In this document: piece by piece, positions 20,827 through 34,390 of the stretch
Layout of the letters: each line of letters begins with the position of its first letter
How positions within the stretch are numbered: position 1 is the first letter of the stretch
Assembly: GCA_002269645.1 (NCBI GenBank)
Contig: NIVC01003096.1
Coordinates: 55,663 to 119,662, forward strand
Direction of reading: 5' to 3'
Source: Macrostomum lignano
Taxonomy: Eukaryota
Length of the DNA: 64,000 nucleotides
The notes under the pieces: model-generated
Told to the model about the DNA's origin: nothing
The model's database searches: none
The model's input: the letters and a program-made list of their open reading frames with translations, nothing else
Translations under genes and position numbers: made by a program

Positions 20827-22479
20827 GGCGGCAATAATTGGATAAAAGAGGGGGCAAACAGAATTGTTTACGCTATATAAAATAACTGTTGTCTGCTGCT
20901 ACTAGAGGCAGATGTCAGCATTTCGGTACGGCTGCACTTGGCTGCTACAGGAGACCAAAGTTCGCGGAGAATCGAAGGGGGCGCTTTGGTTGATACACGA
21001 ATCGCTACGGGAGTTGCTACAAATTATTCAGTATTAAAGATACGATCGTATATAAAGTGCGCAATGAACGACTAAAAAGGAATCTATTGGGTCCGGCGCA
21101 CTTGCTTGGCTAACAAACTTGGTACTTAAAATCTTTCTCAACAAAAACTGTGCCGTCTGACAGCGTCTGTGTCTGAGGCCAAGGCGGCTGCAAGTGGTTT
21201 CCCATATTAAGGGAAGGGTCAGGGGGAGGCCACAGCTGATTCATTCCACAGAGCTTGTAAAGCAAGTGGGTCCCCCAGTGCCGAGACCAATCAGCGATCG
21301 GGGGCAGAGTGGTGAGCGGCGGCGTACACTCCCCATTGTACGCAGTATGGGTTTGAGTGTACAGCGTAGTTTCTCAGGTTCATTAACTATAGAATACGAA
21401 CTCTTGAAGCATAGAAAGGGCTCAAATTAACATTCTGTTGTTCTCAATTTCCAACAGGAAAATTATAATAATATTATGTTCTGCTTCAATTGCTATTTAT
21501 TGTCAAGGTGCAAGCGGTGGAGTCATAAAACATTCGGTCTTGCTCGGAGATAAGGAATGAAACATCGTGCGGTCAATAATTAAGGCCACTAATTAACAAT
21601 TGCTGGAATGCCTGGAGTGAGATTGTGGAGCCTGAAAAGCTGAAAAATGTGGATATTTTCAACAAGTTTACGAAAACTCACTGTCAAACGGGCCTAGATA
21701 ACATTGAATGCACAATGCCCCTGCCGGGCCTATTTGCAGAAGAGTTGAGCAGAAATCTCTTATCTTGTGTAGAATAATTTATGACTTCAATCCGGTTTAT
21801 AGCAAATGATCTTTTATTTTGATTAAATCATGCTTGCACAACGAACTTGGGCACAGAAATGAACTTTCAGTTCTATAGTGCTAAGCTAAGTTGGCCCACC
21901 ACCCGGACTGACTGACTCAATTGATTGCCACAGCTTTTTTCAATGCTTCTCCCATCTTCTAACACTGGAACTCTGCGGGTTAGGCTCCCAGCCGAAAGTG
22001 CATTGAGTTCGTTAGGCGCTTCGGCACGCAATGTACTTTAAAGAGAGATTGGTCCTAATTGAATATCTGGGAGGCACACCGGCCTCCAGACGCACTCTCC
22101 GCTCTCATCATATTTGCCGGGATGTCTCAGCTTGCGAGAGATTTTTTGCCAGAACTTGCTTCTTCCTTGGCGAAGTGATTGATTGACTGATTGGTTAGTT
22201 ATTAATGATTGAATCATATTTAGGGCTGACCGCAGACTGGTGGTCACACGAGGCTGACCTATAATATAAAAGTGCAGTCCAGTTCCTGGTCGAATTGAGA
22301 TGCACTTTTCAGTCAAGTTCGCTTCAGTGCAAGGCTCATAAATCAGACAATTTCAATTCGGCCCTAAAAATGAAGCTGCTGATGAGACGAGGCCGATTCT
22401 ATTCTCCGGATTGCAGCTTCGGTTTATTTCAGGTTTCTGATCATCAAGCTTTGATTTCTGCAGTGGGATTGGCATCGGC

Positions 22480-23440
22480 TCCTCTTGGCGCCCGCAGGGG
22501 CTCCCCTTTAGCGCCCCCTGCTCCCATTTAGCGCCCCTACTCCAATTTAGCGGCTTAGCGCCCATGGCACCCCTTTAGCGCCCCTGGGCTCCCCTTAAGC
22601 GCCACCGGGCTCCCCTTTAGCGCCCCCTGCTCCTATTTAGCCTCCATGGCCTCACTTTAGCGTCCCTCCTCCCCTTTAGCGCCCCCTGCTCCTATTTAGC
22701 CTCCATGGCCTCACTTTAGCGTCCCTCCTCCCCTTTAGCGCCCCTGGCCCCCCTTTAGCGCCCCGGGCTTCCCTTAAGCGCAACCGGGCTCCCCTTTAGC
22801 GCCCCTGGCTCCCCTTAGTGCCCCTGGCTCCCCTTTAGCGCCCCCTGGCTCCCCTTTAGCGCCCCTGCTCCCATTTAGCCTCCGTAGCCTCTCTTTAGCG
22901 TCCCTCCTCCCCTTTAGCGCCCCCTGCTCCTATTTAGCCTCCATGGCCTCACTTTAGCGTCCCTCCTCCCCTTTAGCGCCCCTGGCCCCCCTTTAGCGCC
23001 CCCGGGCTTCCCTTAAGCGCAACCGGGCTCCCCTTTAGCGCCCCTGGCTCCCCCTTAGTGCCCCTGGCTCCCCTTTAGCGCCCCCTGGCTCCCCTTTAGC
23101 GCCCCTGCTCCCATTTAGCCTCCGTAGCCTCTCTTTAGCGCCCCTGCTCCCATTTAGCACCCCCTGCTCCCATTTAGCACCCCCTGCTCCCATTTAGCAC
23201 CCCCTGCTCCCATTTAGCACCCCCTGCTCCCATTTAGCACCCCTGCTCCCATTTAGCACCCCCTGCTCCCATTTAGCACCCCCTGCTCCCATTTAGCACC
23301 CCTGCTCCCATTTAGCACCCCCTGCTCCCATTTAGCACCCCTGCTCCCATTTAGCACCCCCTGCTCCCATTTAGCACCCCCTGCTCCCATTTAGCGCCCC
23401 CTGCTCCCATTTGGCGCCCCGGCTCCCATTTAGCGCCCCC
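22480..23440. repeat. C-rich compound minisatellite (cccctttagcgcccc / cccctgctcccatttagca)
   Basis: Direct inspection; includes an internal higher-order duplication. Confidence 0.93.
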
Positions 23441-24204
23441 TCCCGACTTCCCTTTTGGCGCCCGTTGTCAACTTCGGTGCAAAAGAACCAGCCTTCTAAA
23501 AGCCGCTTTGGCCTTCAACTCTTAGCGGGGTATGCAGGTGAAGATAGCTCCGAGTCAAAAGTACACGCTGTTCGCGTATTTTGCAGCCCTTCGTAATCTT
23601 TACGAGGAGGATGTTATCGTTAAGAAAGGCCTCAGCCAGGCAGCAAACGACTCACTCGTCGATAAACCAGCCGGTTTTATAGGTTAAGAGAATCTCTAAA
23701 TCTCGTGGATGAACTCACTACACCTGGGTAACACTGCAATACAGAGAGCACAGGTGAAAGTCTTTCTCACTTCCAAGAAAAAACCACAGAGCTGCAAAGC
23801 CACAGGCGGCAAGGCAGAGGGCCCGGTCCCTCAGCCTGCGCGTCCCTCCCTGCCGCACTCAAATAAAAAAGAAAACAAGAAAGCAAAAAAATTATCTGCA
23901 GAAGAAGATTTCAGGCGCAGAAAGAAGAGACAGACAAGAAAAGTGAAGAAACAGGGCGAGTCAAAGGCACGGAGAGAAAAGTTTCTAAAGCTCCCCAGCT
24001 GTCCCCGATAAGAGCGGGCGAGCTCAGGGCGGAGGGAGGGCAGCTCGGAGTGCGCGGTGGGTGGCCGGCCGTGAAAACCGCCAGCACAGAGGGCGAAAAG
24101 TTAGCAGAAAGGAATTCGACCGGAGGGACTCGCTCGGCTGCAGTCGCAATCTCAGGTTGAGCAAAAGCTTGGCGCATTCAACCCAGTGGACTCTCATTGT
24201 TGCC

Positions 24205-27200
24205 ATGGCAGCGGTGGCCGCGGCTGAGCAGGCGGCGGCGCCCCACAGAGCGGTGGAGCAGCTGGACAGGGAGAGGCGGAAGCGGGAGAAGCTGAAGACG
24301 CAGGCGGCCAGGTGAGAGGCTTGCAGTTGGTTCTGGAACTCTTCCGCACGGGTTATCCTGCCACTTGCAGTTGGTTCTGGAACTCTTCCGCACGGGTTAT
24401 CCTGCCACTTTCTGTCGGCCCGCAGGCAGCAGTCGCGGATCCAGGAGCTGGAGGAGTCGCTGGCCGCCTCCACCGCGGCGGCGTCGGCCGCACAGGAAGC
24501 GGCGGAGCGGCACCGCGGCCAGGCGGAGCTGCTGCGCCGTCGCCACGAGGCGGAGGCGGCCCGTCGCGACGAAGAGCTGCGGGAGCTGCAGGCGCGCCAC
24601 AGCGAGGAGGACTCGGCGGCGCGCGAGGCCCTCACAAAGGTGTCGCTGAGCCTTGAGGCGGCCCGGCTGGAGGCGGCCGGCCTGCGCCAGGCGCTTTCCC
24701 GCGAGCAGCTCGAGGCCAACGAGCGGCGCGCCGAGGCGGAGCGACTTCGCGCCAGTCTGGCCGAGGCCGCGGCGGCATCAGCCGAGAGCGAGCGCGCCAT
24801 CGACGAGCTCACCGGCGAGAAACGCGACGGAGCTGGGCGGCTGCGCGAGCTGCGGGAGGCGAACATCCGCCTGCAGGAGAAGCTGGCGGGCGCCGAGTCC
24901 CGCCTTGCCGGCCTCCGCGACGACTGCCAGGCGGCGGCGGCGCTGGCGGAGGAGCGCGGCCGGCTGGCTGAGCAGCTGCGGGAGCAGCTGGCCACCTGCG
25001 AAGCCGGCCACGCAGTGGCACCAGAAGCTTCGCCACCAGGCGAGCGAGAAACTCAGCGACCTTCGGCGGAGCAGCTGGCAGAAATTTGCCAGCGGCTGGA
25101 GCGCGCGGAGGCGGCTGGATGGTCGCTGAAGGCCGCCGCTGCCCCCAGCTCGGCAGGACCGCCGCAGTCTCCGCCTACACCATCGTCAAAGTGTCCCGAG
25201 AAGCCCGATGGGGAATCCCAGTCGGCAGCAGCAACGACAGCAACTCTGAGGGAGCGGCGCCGTGCGGAGGCGGCAGAGGCGGCACTCGCCAGCGCACGGT
25301 CGGAGCTGGCGACAACCCAGGCGGAGCTGGCGAAGGTGCGCACGGAGCTAGCGGAGGCCTCCGGTCGGCTGTCAGAGTCGGGTGTCGGCGATCTCGACGA
25401 CACTGGTGGAGACAGTAGGCGGCGTCGGTACTCGGTGGCAGCTGCGGAAGATGCGAGGAAGCTGCCTGATGAGGCGGATGAGGATATCGAAGTGCACAGG
25501 GAGAACCCGGAAGGTCGGAGCGGCTGGCGGCCGGGCCTGTGGCGGACCTCATACTGCTCGGTGAGAGCCTGCTAAAGCCTGGAGATGTGGGTTCGATTCG
25601 GTGCGCGACGTGTGCGGCCACATTAATTTTGGGGGCCAAGCGTGCACAACGTGTTTCCCTGCATTCCCCGCTTCAGAATGATCTCGAAGGCCTCCGGCGC
25701 GCCTGCCTGTCGCTGGCGGCCGAGCGGGACCGCCTGTCTGGGGACTGCCGGCACTACAGGCGCCTGTACGAGGAGGAGAGACGGCTGAGGCGACGCCTCA
25801 CGGACGAGGTGCGCCGGCTGAACTGCACTGACGGCCGAGGCCGGGCGCTGCGCATGATGGCGGCCGGTGAGGCTGCGGGACAGGCGGGAAGGGGTGAACA
25901 GGGTTGGCGGGGTCAAAGGGCGGGATTAAGCGAGGGGGAGCAGAGGTGAGTAGGGTTCAGCGGGGATGAGCTGGGGTGAGTAGAAGTGAGTGGGGTTCAG
26001 CGGGGATGAGCTGGGGTGAGCAGAGGTGAGTAGGGTTCAGCGGGGATGAGCTGGGGTGAGCAGAGGTGAGTGGGGTTCAGCGGGGGTGAGCTGGGGTGAG
26101 TAGAAGTAAGTGGGGTTCAGCGGGGGTGAGCTGGGGTGAGTAGAAGTAAGTGGGGTTCAGCGGGGGTGAGCTGGGGTGAGTAGAAGTAAGTGGGGTTCAG
26201 CGGGGGTGAGCTGGGGGTGAGGTCCCAAGCTCCCAGCTGCTGCAGCCTCGCCATCAATCTGTGGCTGGGAGGCGATTTCCAGCCAGCCTCGAGTCTGCAG
26301 TTCATTCTGGGAGGGACTTTATCGGAAAATCGAAAATTCTGTTCCAGCCTAGCAGCGGCCTCGGGGCTCAGCCGGTCTCGAGTCCCTCCTGTTTCCCTTT
26401 TCTGTTCCCAAAAGTGCTCAATTGAAGGCCGGTCCCCACAGAGGAAATTTGCTCCGGAGAGAGTTCAGCTCCGGTAAGAGCTCAGCCTGCGCCCGCTGCC
26501 GCCAGGGGCCGGGCGGCCACTCCGGGTGCACTTTAAGCCGCATCGGATCGGGAAGGTCGGGCGCTGAGCGATCCGCGATGGGCTGATGGGGCGGGGGTGA
26601 ATGCTGGCAGGAAGTGCAGCATCTGCGTCAGAGCGGGCGCCATGAATGCGATGAAGCCGGAGGCTGGGGACAGAAAGGTGCATTGCAAAGGCAGTGTGCA
26701 GTGGCTGTAAATTTAATTAATCACCCAAAACGAAACTGAAATAGAGATAGCGAGCTGTGAAACGAAAAATTAAAATGTAACGCATGAACGAAGAATTGTG
26801 CATAACAGCCCACTAGCATAACAGCCCACTAGCATAACAGCACACTATCATAACAGCCCACTAGCATAACAGCCCACCATCATAACAGCCCACTAGCATA
26901 ACAACACACTAGCATAACAACACACTAGCATAACAGCCCACTAGCATAACAGCCCACTAGCATAACAACACACTAGCATAACATCACACTATCATAACAG
27001 CCCACCATCATAACAGCCCACTAGCATAACAACACACTAGCATAACAACACACTAGCATAACATCACACTAGCATAACAGCCCACTAGCATAACAACACA
27101 CTAGCATAACATCACACTATCATAACAGCCCACTAGCATAACAGCACACTATCATAACAGCCCACTAGCATAACAGCCCACCATCATAACAGCCCACTAG

Positions 27201-29052
27201 CATAACAACACACTAGCATAACAACACACTAGCATAACAGCCCACTAGCATAACAGCCCACTAGCATAACAACACACTAGCATAACATCACACTATCATA
27301 ACAGCCCACCATCATAACAGCCCACTAGCATAACAACACACTAGCATAACAACACACTAGCATAACATCACACTAGCATAACAGCCCACTAGCATAACAA
27401 CACACTAGCATAACATCACACTATCATAACAGCCCACTAGCATAACAGCTCACTAGCATAACAGCCCACTAGCACAACAGCCCACTAGCATAACAACACA
27501 TTAGCATAACAGCCCACTAGCATAACAGCCCACTAGCATAACAGCCCACTAGCATAACAACACATTAGCATAACAGCCCACTAGCATAACAGCCCACTAG
27601 CATAACAGCCCACTAGCATAACAGCCCACTAGCATAACAACACATTAGCATAACAGCCCACTAGCATAACAGCCCACTAGCATAACAGCCCACTAGCATA
27701 ACAGCCCACTAGCATAACAACACACTAGCATAACAGCACACTATCATAACAGCCCACTAGCATAACAGCCCACCAGCATAACATCCCACTAGCATAACAG
27801 CCCACTAGCATAACAACACATTAGCATAACAGCCCACTAGCATAACAGCCCACTAGCATAACAGCCCACTAGCATAACAGCCCACTAGCATAACAGCCCA
27901 CTAGCATAACAGCCCACTAGCATAACAACACATTAGCATAACAGCCCACTAGCATAACAGCCCACTAGCATAACAGCCCACTATCATAACAGCCCACTAT
28001 CATAACAGCCCATTAGCATAACAGCACACTAGCATAACAGCACACTAGCATAACAGCACACTAGCATAACAGCCCACTAGCATAACAGCCCATTAGCATA
28101 ACAGCCCACTATCATAACAGCCCACTATCATAACAGCCCACTAGCATAACAACACATTAGCATAACAGCACACTAGCATAACAGCCCACTAGCATAACTG
28201 CCCATTAGCATAACAGCACACTAGCATAACAGCCCATTAGCATAACAGCACACTAGCATATAGCATAACAACACACTAGCATAACAGCACACTAGCATAA
28301 CAGCCCATTAGCATAACAGCACACTAGCATATAGCATAACAACACACTAGCATAACAGCACACTAGCGTAGGTCATGCAGTTGCAAATGAAGTCATGAAT
28401 TTCGAAGCCGGAGTAAATTCCCAAATCTCCCTGCTGCTGTAACTCGGCAGGGCCCCAGAGCTGTACTCAGAGCTTTGGCCACTGGCGAATATCTGGCTCA
28501 ATTCCAGGGTTCATGCAAAGGCGGCTCAGAAAAATTGACGCGGACTTTTTCGGCATTTTCTTCCCATCGCAGGTCATAAAAGTACGAACTGCTCCCCCTG
28601 GCCTGGCTGAAAAGCGAGCACTGCTCAGCCACAGCTCCGCCCCGAACTGGGACTGGATCTCACCCAATGGTCTCATACCTGTCTCACCCTGGTCTCATAC
28701 CTGTCTCACCCTGGTCTCATACCTGTCTCAGCCTGGTCTCATACCTGTCTCACCCTGGTCTCATACCTGTCTCACCCTGGTCTCATACCTGTCTCAGCCT
28801 GGTCTCATACCTGTCTCACCCTGGTCTCATACCTGTCTCAAATACAGGGTCTGATACCTGTCTCTCAAATACAGGGTCTCATACCTGTCTCTCAAATACA
28901 GGGTCTCATACCTGTCTCTCAAATACAGGGTCTCAACTCGCATTGCAGACCCGCCGGCAGCTTTCGACCGCTGGACGTCGCCGAAAATCCCAGGTGACCC
29001 GGAGATGGCGTCCTTCAGCACCTACCTCAGGAGCAAGTACTCGGTCACGTGA
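24205..29052 (+). CDS. Uncharacterised coiled-coil protein, ~554 aa, probably 6 exons
   Basis: Exons 24205-24311, 24426-25560, 25677-25866, 26442-26473 (tentative 32-nt exon), 28573-28669 and 28949-29052; the phases sum in frame. Long E/R/A/L heptads, ending in DPEMASFSTYLRSKYSVT*. The 3' exons are less certain. Confidence 0.7.
25945..26222. repeat. ~39-bp G-rich minisatellite starting near a 5' splice site, rich in GTGAG/GTAAG
   Basis: Unit gtgagtggggttcagcgggggtgagctggggtgagtagaa-like. Confidence 0.9.
26800..28368. repeat. 16-bp minisatellite, ~97 copies with variants
   Basis: Unit cactagcataacagcc, with variants ...aaca, ...atca and cactatc. Confidence 0.96.
28668..28935. repeat. 22-bp then 24-bp minisatellite starting at a donor site and filling most of the intron
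   Basis: Units ggtctcatacctgtctcaccct and agggtctcatacctgtctctcaaatac. Confidence 0.9.
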
Positions 29053-29985
29053 CGGACTGCCGATCGGCAGCGGATTTTCAGTGGATTTCTTAGAACTGAT
29101 GAACGCTATTGCCATGTGCAAACACTTCCACATTGCACTGCTCTATGATAATCTTAGCTCGTAATAAACCAGTCTATGATAGCCTGCTCAGAAGCAGCAG
29201 TTGCTACTGACAGTAGCCGTTGCCTGTTCCAATTCCTATACTACGATAGCCGAAAATTTCGCCGGTGTTGGTCGTTGAGTTTATTAAAATGTATTGAAGA
29301 GATAAAGAATTTCGTTTCAATGAGTAGTAAATTCATTCATGGATTAGCTAATGGATTGAAAGAGCGCTTAAGCTGCGCGCACGACTGCCTACTGACGGCA
29401 GTAGAGTCCAGCGCAAGCGCTTTCAGTTTCTCGATTGCCGAATTTCTTCTTCGCTCTCTGCGAGTTTGCAAGCTGACGTCGCGAGCTGAGAGTGCGCAGC
29501 CCTTTATCTGCTGCAGCCCCCCGCGACCTGCCTAGCTTATCTGCTGCCTCCGCGGCTTGGCTGGCCAGGAGGCACGCGCCAGCTTAGCAGGTGACTCGCC
29601 GCTGCAAGAGCTGTCTGCCACTGCGCTGCAAGTTCTGGACTGCTGCACCGACTTGGTTGCTGCGGAAGCCGGCTGGCGCACTGCGGGACCCCCTGCTCAG
29701 CCCCCCAGTCTAACCAGCGCCATTGTTTCAGGGATCTGAATGGGGACAGGGGAGCTCATGGCAACAGGAGGAAAAAACACAGCGGTGGAGGAGACGAGAA
29801 AGAGAAAGAAAAGAGAGGAAGGGGCTCAACGTTTGAGCAAAGCAGGTGCTGGGGGGTTCCTGATCAGCATAGCAGCAGAGCGATTGCAACGCAAAAGAAA
29901 AGTTTGTAAGCTAAGAAAATTAGACGGAAAAAAGTCCAATGCACCGGAGCCAGCAGCGAGAATACTTGCTTGGCAGTGCCTTGCC

Positions 29986-30632
29986 TGAGTGAGTGAGTGA
30001 GTGATGAGTGAGTAAGCGAGTGGGTGAGTGAGTGAGTGAGTGAGTGAGTGAGTGAGTGAGTGAGTAAGTGAGTGAGTGAGTGAGTGAGTGAGTGAGTGAT
30101 GAGTGAGTGATGAGTGAGTGAGTGAGTGATGAGTGAGTGAGTGAGTGAGTGATGAGTGAGTGAGTGAGTGAGTGAGTAAGTGAGTGAGTGAGTGAGTGGG
30201 CGAGTGAGTGAGTGAGTGAGTGAGTGATGAGTGAGTGAGTAAGTGAGTGAGTGAGTGAGTGAGTGAGTGAGTGTGAGTGAGTGAGTGAGTAAGTGAGTGA
30301 GTGAGTGAGTGAGTGAGTGAGTGAGTGAGTGAGTGAGTGAGTGAGTGAGTGAGTGAATGAGTGAGTGAGTGAGTGAGTGAGTGAGTAAGTGAGTGAGTGA
30401 GTGAATGAGTGAGTGAGTGAGTGAGTGAGTGCGTGAGTGAGTGAGTGATGAGTGAGTGAGTGAGTGAGTGAGTGAGTGAGTAAGTGAGTGAGTGAATGAG
30501 TGAGTGAGTGAGTGAGTGAGTGAGTGAGTGATGAGTGAGTGAGTAAGTGAGTGAGTGAGTGAGTGAGTGAGTGAGTGATGAGTGAGTGAGTGAGTGAGTG
30601 AGTGAGTGAGTGAGTGAGTGAGTGAGTGAGTG
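29986..30632. repeat. (gagt)n microsatellite
   Basis: Direct inspection; explains the THSL-repeat ORFs. Confidence 0.97.
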
Positions 30633-32364
30633 AACGCACACAGGAGCAGCTCAGTGGCAGTGGCGGTGCAGCCCCAGCCAGCTCGCTCAGTTCTTTCTCT
30701 CCTGGCCCGCCGCTGCCCGGACGGGGGGCGCAGAGAATTAAGCTTTGCCCGTAACTCGACTGGGATCGGGAAGTGGGGTGATTAAGAGGGTTGGGAGAAC
30801 AACGCCAGCAAAACTGAGCGAAGCGTGCAAGAAAATCTCCCTAATAAAGGGGAGAAAAGAATTTTCTGTCGATCGATTGCGGGAAACTTCCGCTTTGCGG
30901 AGGTAGGGGCGGCGCTGGAGGGCTGCGTTGGGAAGACCGGGTCTGAGCGCGCTGTGCGACTTCGGGACTCAGTTTGCAGTCTTTGGGCTCGAAATGGGAG
31001 CATCTGGGAGTGCATGGATCCGACTGCAGAGTTGGTTCCTCCTTACCAATGTGTTGGCGGAGATCCCCCATCACTGAAATCCCAGTCCACCAAACCTCGG
31101 CAAAAAACGTAAGCCAGGATCGCAGAATTTGTGAATGCCAAACAGGAACACTGGAGAGAGAAAATCACAGTTTATTTTAATAAATTTCTGTTTCTATTGC
31201 CTACAATGCTTCATCAGAGTCTGAGATGGAGCTCAGGCCAAAGGGAATGCCAGCACAGGTAGGCAGCAGTTTGACTTCCCTCTGAGCCCTGAGGTGAGCG
31301 GGCGGTGTTGAGAGCAACAAACAAATATGAACTCTGCGGTGGTTGCGGAGCACTGGTGTCTTCTGTATGCACAGTGAATCGGATCTTTACAGCTTGGTCG
31401 GCTTGCCAAGGACAAAAGCACTACTGAAGTTCTATTCGCGACGGGGCGCCCCAACCCGGCGGCGCCATCGCGCGGCACCCGCTGCTGTCTCGTCTTCTCC
31501 CAGATTCTGAGCCTCATCTCGCCCCCAGCGGCCGCCTCCGGACTGCCGGCTGCGGCGCCTCTGCGAGCCCCGCTGAGACTGGCGTCTCGCCACGGAGCTC
31601 GACAGAGACCGAACCTGGGACCGTCAAATACGAAGTGCGAACCCACGACCTCCCTTCATAGCCGGTCCGACCGTCCGGCATCTCCGGCGCGCCGCTCCGC
31701 GATCAGCGCCGCGTCGGCGCGCCCAACGAAGGCGGCGCTCGACAGACGGGCGATCAGCGGGGCGCGGGCGGCGGAGACGGGGAAGGCGGCACCGGAAGGA
31801 GTGCCACGGGCTGCTGCACTCGCGCTGGCCCCGGGAGCTCCGACAGCCGGCAGGGAGAGATGAAGGGACCGCGGGAGGCTGGAGACGGAGGCTCAAAAAA
31901 GTCAGCTAAAGTACATTTTCTGTTGCTACAACAATAGATTGACAGCGGCGTGAGCCTGCAATGGCGCTCGAGGGGGGCGAAGCTGCTGCTGGGGAAGCCA
32001 GCAGGAGCCCGCGGTTCAAATAGTCAAATGCACAGACTCAGCTTAGGGGCGAAGCAGCACTCGGGGTCGAGCGCTGGAAGTCACGGGGGCGGTGTCTGAT
32101 AGAAACCCGGGCACCAGAGAAGGCGGCGGCGTCGGCGGGGGCAGCGTCGGTCGGTCCGGTCCGGTTCAGGTCAGGCGAGTTCGAGCTGGGGGCGGAGTCA
32201 TGGGCGGAAAGCGCAGCCACCCACCGGCGGCTTCTTGTCGGGCTGCGCTGAATTGTCGGTCGCTGAATTGAAAAGCGTCGCGGATTCGATGGCCATCGAG
32301 TCGGTAGTCCGGGCTGGAGAGTCGGGGGAGGCTGGGCTCGGGGAGGCGGGAGGGCGGCTGGCCG

Positions 32365-33276
32365 TCAGAGCAGCGCCGCAGTGTCGCTGAAGGCCGGCGG
32401 CCGGTGATGCTGCAGCAGGTGCTGCTGGACACGGCGCAGCTCGTCCCGGTACAGGTCCCGCTCGCGGTTGGCGCGGTCCAGCTGCAGGCGGAGGCTGGCG
32501 ATCTGGCGGGCCATGCCGACACTCTCGGTGGCCAGCTCGGCCTGGGTCTTCTGCCGGCGCAGGCGGCACACGTGCGCGTACTGCCGGTTCTTCAGCGTCC
32601 GCCTGCGGTGCTTGAGCTGCAGAACCCGTGACTTGGGCAGGTGGCGCAGGCGTAGGTTGAGGTCCTTGATGCTCAGCGACACCAGGTCGTAGTCGGAGAT
32701 ACCGGTGCCGGCCGAAGAGCCGCTTGGGCCGTCCGAGACGCTCAGCCCGTCGTCCTCGTCGTCGCCAGCCGCTCCGACCTCCTCCGACTCGTCCAGCGGC
32801 GACGGCGGCGGTGAAAACGCGAGCGGGAACTCGCAGTAGTGGGCCGGCGTAGACTGGCCGGTGTGGCAGCCGCTGTCCGGCGGGGAAAGGCTGTCCGACA
32901 GGTCCAGGATGTCCTTCAGGAAGTCCTCGTCCTCGCACTTCACCGCCACGCACACGTCCGAAGGGCTGACGCGACCGTCAGCAGAGGCGTCGCCGACCTG
33001 GGAGGCCGGCAGGCCGAAATCCTGGCTGCAGATGGCGGCCGGACCGAGCGAGTACAGAGGCAAGTCGATCTCCATCGCGGGCGAGGCAAAGCTGCTTGGC
33101 TGCTGGGTAAGAGCAGAGTGCTGGCAGGGTAAAATGTGTTGTCTGAGCTGGGCTTTGAGCTGTGCGCGCTCTGCTATGGAAGGCCCGCAAAGGGGAGGCG
33201 GCAGCTGCTGGGCCGGGCTGCTCAAATATTCAGAGCCGGTGAGGGGGACCGGAGCTCGCCCTGCTGCCGCAGCCAA
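32365..33276 (-). CDS. MAF: Maf-family bZIP transcription factor (large-Maf-like architecture), apparently single exon
   Basis: Extended homology region SDYDLVSLSIKDLNLRLRHLPKSRVLQLKHRRRTLKNRQYAHVCR, followed by a zipper and preceded by an acidic/Ser-Pro region. The start could be 33276 or the later MEIDLP methionine. Confidence 0.88.
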   Translation of the reverse strand: MAAAAGRAPVPLTGSEYLSSPAQQLPPPLCGPSIAERAQLKAQLRQHILPCQHSALTQQPSSFASPAMEIDLPLYSLGPAAICSQDFGLPASQVGDASADGRVSPSDVCVAVKCEDEDFLKDILDLSDSLSPPDSGCHTGQSTPAHYCEFPLAFSPPPSPLDESEEVGAAGDDEDDGLSVSDGPSGSSAGTGISDYDLVSLSIKDLNLRLRHLPKSRVLQLKHRRRTLKNRQYAHVCRLRRQKTQAELATESVGMARQIASLRLQLDRANRERDLYRDELRRVQQHLLQHHRPPAFSDTAALL

Positions 33277-33794
33277 TGGAGACCGGGCGGAGGCTCAGCG
33301 CACGGCGCGGGCAATGTGGCAGAGTCTCAGGCGGGAGGGCGGCCCGCGCACGCACGCAGTTGAGCCGCCCGCCCCACGAGCCGCGGCGGTCCCGAAGGAA
33401 GTGAACAGCTGGTTGCTCCGATCGAGCGATATTGTCGATTGGCAATCCATGGCCCAGCCGGGCGCTAAGCAACTTCAGCCAGTAAAGCTGTGCGCGGAAA
33501 CTCCCGCAGGAAGCGCGGCCAAGCAAATCGCAAAAATTCATTTCCGCGCAGAGCTCAAAGTCTCAGGCGCTGCGGCTTGCTCGGGATAGCGATCAGATAT
33601 TTAATGAGCTGCCCGCAACAGCTCAAAATGACATTGAGCCGTCTTCTTAACTAACTCCCCACACAGCGATCCCAGCGGAACCAGAATTCATTAAATTATC
33701 CAAAAATGTATTCCAGGACAGGCAACAGTCAGTCTTGCCGCTAGTCAGTCTCAGCTTGAGGACTGATCGACTTTGACGCTGCACCGATCAATTT

Positions 33795-34390
33795 CGAAGA
33801 CAAGCGTTAGCAGCTGCCAGATCGGCACATTCAACACTGAAGGCAAGCGTTAGCAGCTGCCAGATCGGTACATTCAACACTGAAGGCAAGCGTTAGCAGC
33901 TGCCAGATCGGCACATTCAACACTGAAGGCAAGCGTTAGCAGCTGCCAGATCGGTACATTCAACACTGAAGGCAAGCGTTAGCAGCTGCCAGATCGGTAC
34001 ATTCAACACTGAAGGCAAGCGTTAGCAGCTGCCAGATCGGTACATTCAACACTGAAGACAAGCGTTAGCAGCTGCCAGCTCGGCACATTCAACACTGAAG
34101 ACAAGCGTTAGCAGCTGCCAGATCGGCACATTCAACACTGAAGACAAGCGTTAGCAGCTGCCAGATCGGTACATTCAACACTGAAGGCAAGCGTTAGCAG
34201 CTGCCAGCTCGGCACATTCAACACTGAAGGCAAGCGTTAGCAGCTGCCAGATCGGCACATTCAACACTGAAGACAAGCGTTAGCAGCTGCCAGATCGGTA
34301 CATTCAACACTGAAGGCAAGCGTTAGCAGCTGCCAGCTCGGCACATTCAACACTGAAGGCAAGCGTTAGCAGCTGCCAGATCGGCACATA
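33795..34390. repeat. 43-bp minisatellite, ~14 copies
   Basis: Unit aggcaagcgttagcagctgccagatcggtacattcaacactga. Confidence 0.95.

Noticed and set aside
25770-25866. YEEERRLRRRLTDEVRRLN resembles a kinesin-14 neck
   Set aside because: No GNIRV or motor-domain exons (P-loop, switch motifs) found downstream
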